IMG/VR virus record: IMGVR_UViG_3300009370_000001
Reading direction: 5' to 3' (one strand)
Source: a virus
Lineage: Duplodnaviria; Caudoviricetes
DNA length: 64,000 nucleotides
The notes under the pieces are model-generated. The model searched no databases and was not told the DNA's origin. It worked only from the letters and a program-made list of their open reading frames with translations. Position numbers and translations under genes: made by a program. This document shows positions 63,637 through 64,000 of the stretch, piece by piece (positions within the stretch are counted from its first letter, which is position 1; each line of letters opens with the position of its first letter).

Positions 63637-64000
63637 TAATAGCAGAGATTGGCCTGAACCATATGGGTGTTGAGGCGTACGCCGAATATTATGTAAATCA
63701 ATTATTAGAAACCTCAGTAGATGCCATTACTTTTCAAATTAGAGAGCCAGATTTTTATTTGCGAAAAGAGAGAAAAGCTTTTGTTTTAGATATAGAGCTA
63801 TACCATAAATTAAGTAATAAGATCCAGAGACAAGGTAAAAGCTTTGGCCTCGCGTTATCCGATATTAGTTTGCTTAGCGACTTAGATAGATCTGTAGATT
63901 TTTATAAAATTTTAAGCAAAGACTTTAATGATAAGTTTATAAAAGAATTTACGGAAACAACCGAAAAACCAATTTTCATTTCAACGGGCCTTAGCTCGAT
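63633..64000 (+). CDS. neuB: N-acetylneuraminate synthase family, truncated by window end
   Basis: MIIAEIGLNH...TFQ...PIFISTG; ATGA overlap with neuA. Confidence 0.8.
   Translation, partial: MIIAEIGLNHMGVEAYAEYYVNQLLETSVDAITFQIREPDFYLRKERKAFVLDIELYHKLSNKIQRQGKSFGLALSDISLLSDLDRSVDFYKILSKDFNDKFIKEFTETTEKPIFISTGLSS

Noticed and set aside
1-64000. Alternative genetic code (stop codon reassignment) as in some huge phages
   Set aside because: Genes tile densely under code 11, all three stops are used, and no suppressor tRNA is seen.
1-64000. Diversity-generating retroelement behind the microprotein diversity
   Set aside because: No reverse transcriptase, and no template/variable repeat pair differing only at adenines.

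Overview
This 64 kb window looks like part of a large (jumbo-type) lytic phage genome, not a bacterial chromosome. Essentially all credible genes are on the + strand and densely packed. Most are short hypothetical ORFs, and there are 4 tRNAs, a tmRNA, PhoH, a MoxR/VWA pair and a PD-(D/E)XK nuclease, but no housekeeping operons. No capsid, tail, terminase or polymerase gene is recognisable here. A CglF/GltF-like gene and several myxobacterial-style lipoproteins suggest a Myxococcota host (inference). Three zones are visible. (1) ~1-18.2 kb is an early-type region, visibly GC-richer from ~4 kb on. It is punctuated by 14 copies of a triple-TTGACA extended -10 promoter element and filled with ~25 paralogous 'MKVGDLV' KOW/SH3-like microproteins, many joined by a conserved 14-nt overlap. 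(2) ~18.5-41 kb is AT-richer and holds lipoproteins, CglF and a family of unrelated enzymes that all carry an N-terminal MKLLLENWRxFLxE tag. (3) ~41-64 kb holds tmRNA, auxiliary genes, PhoH and a glycosylation/nonulosonic acid cluster that runs off the window end. All protein calls come from motif recognition by eye; no searches were run.
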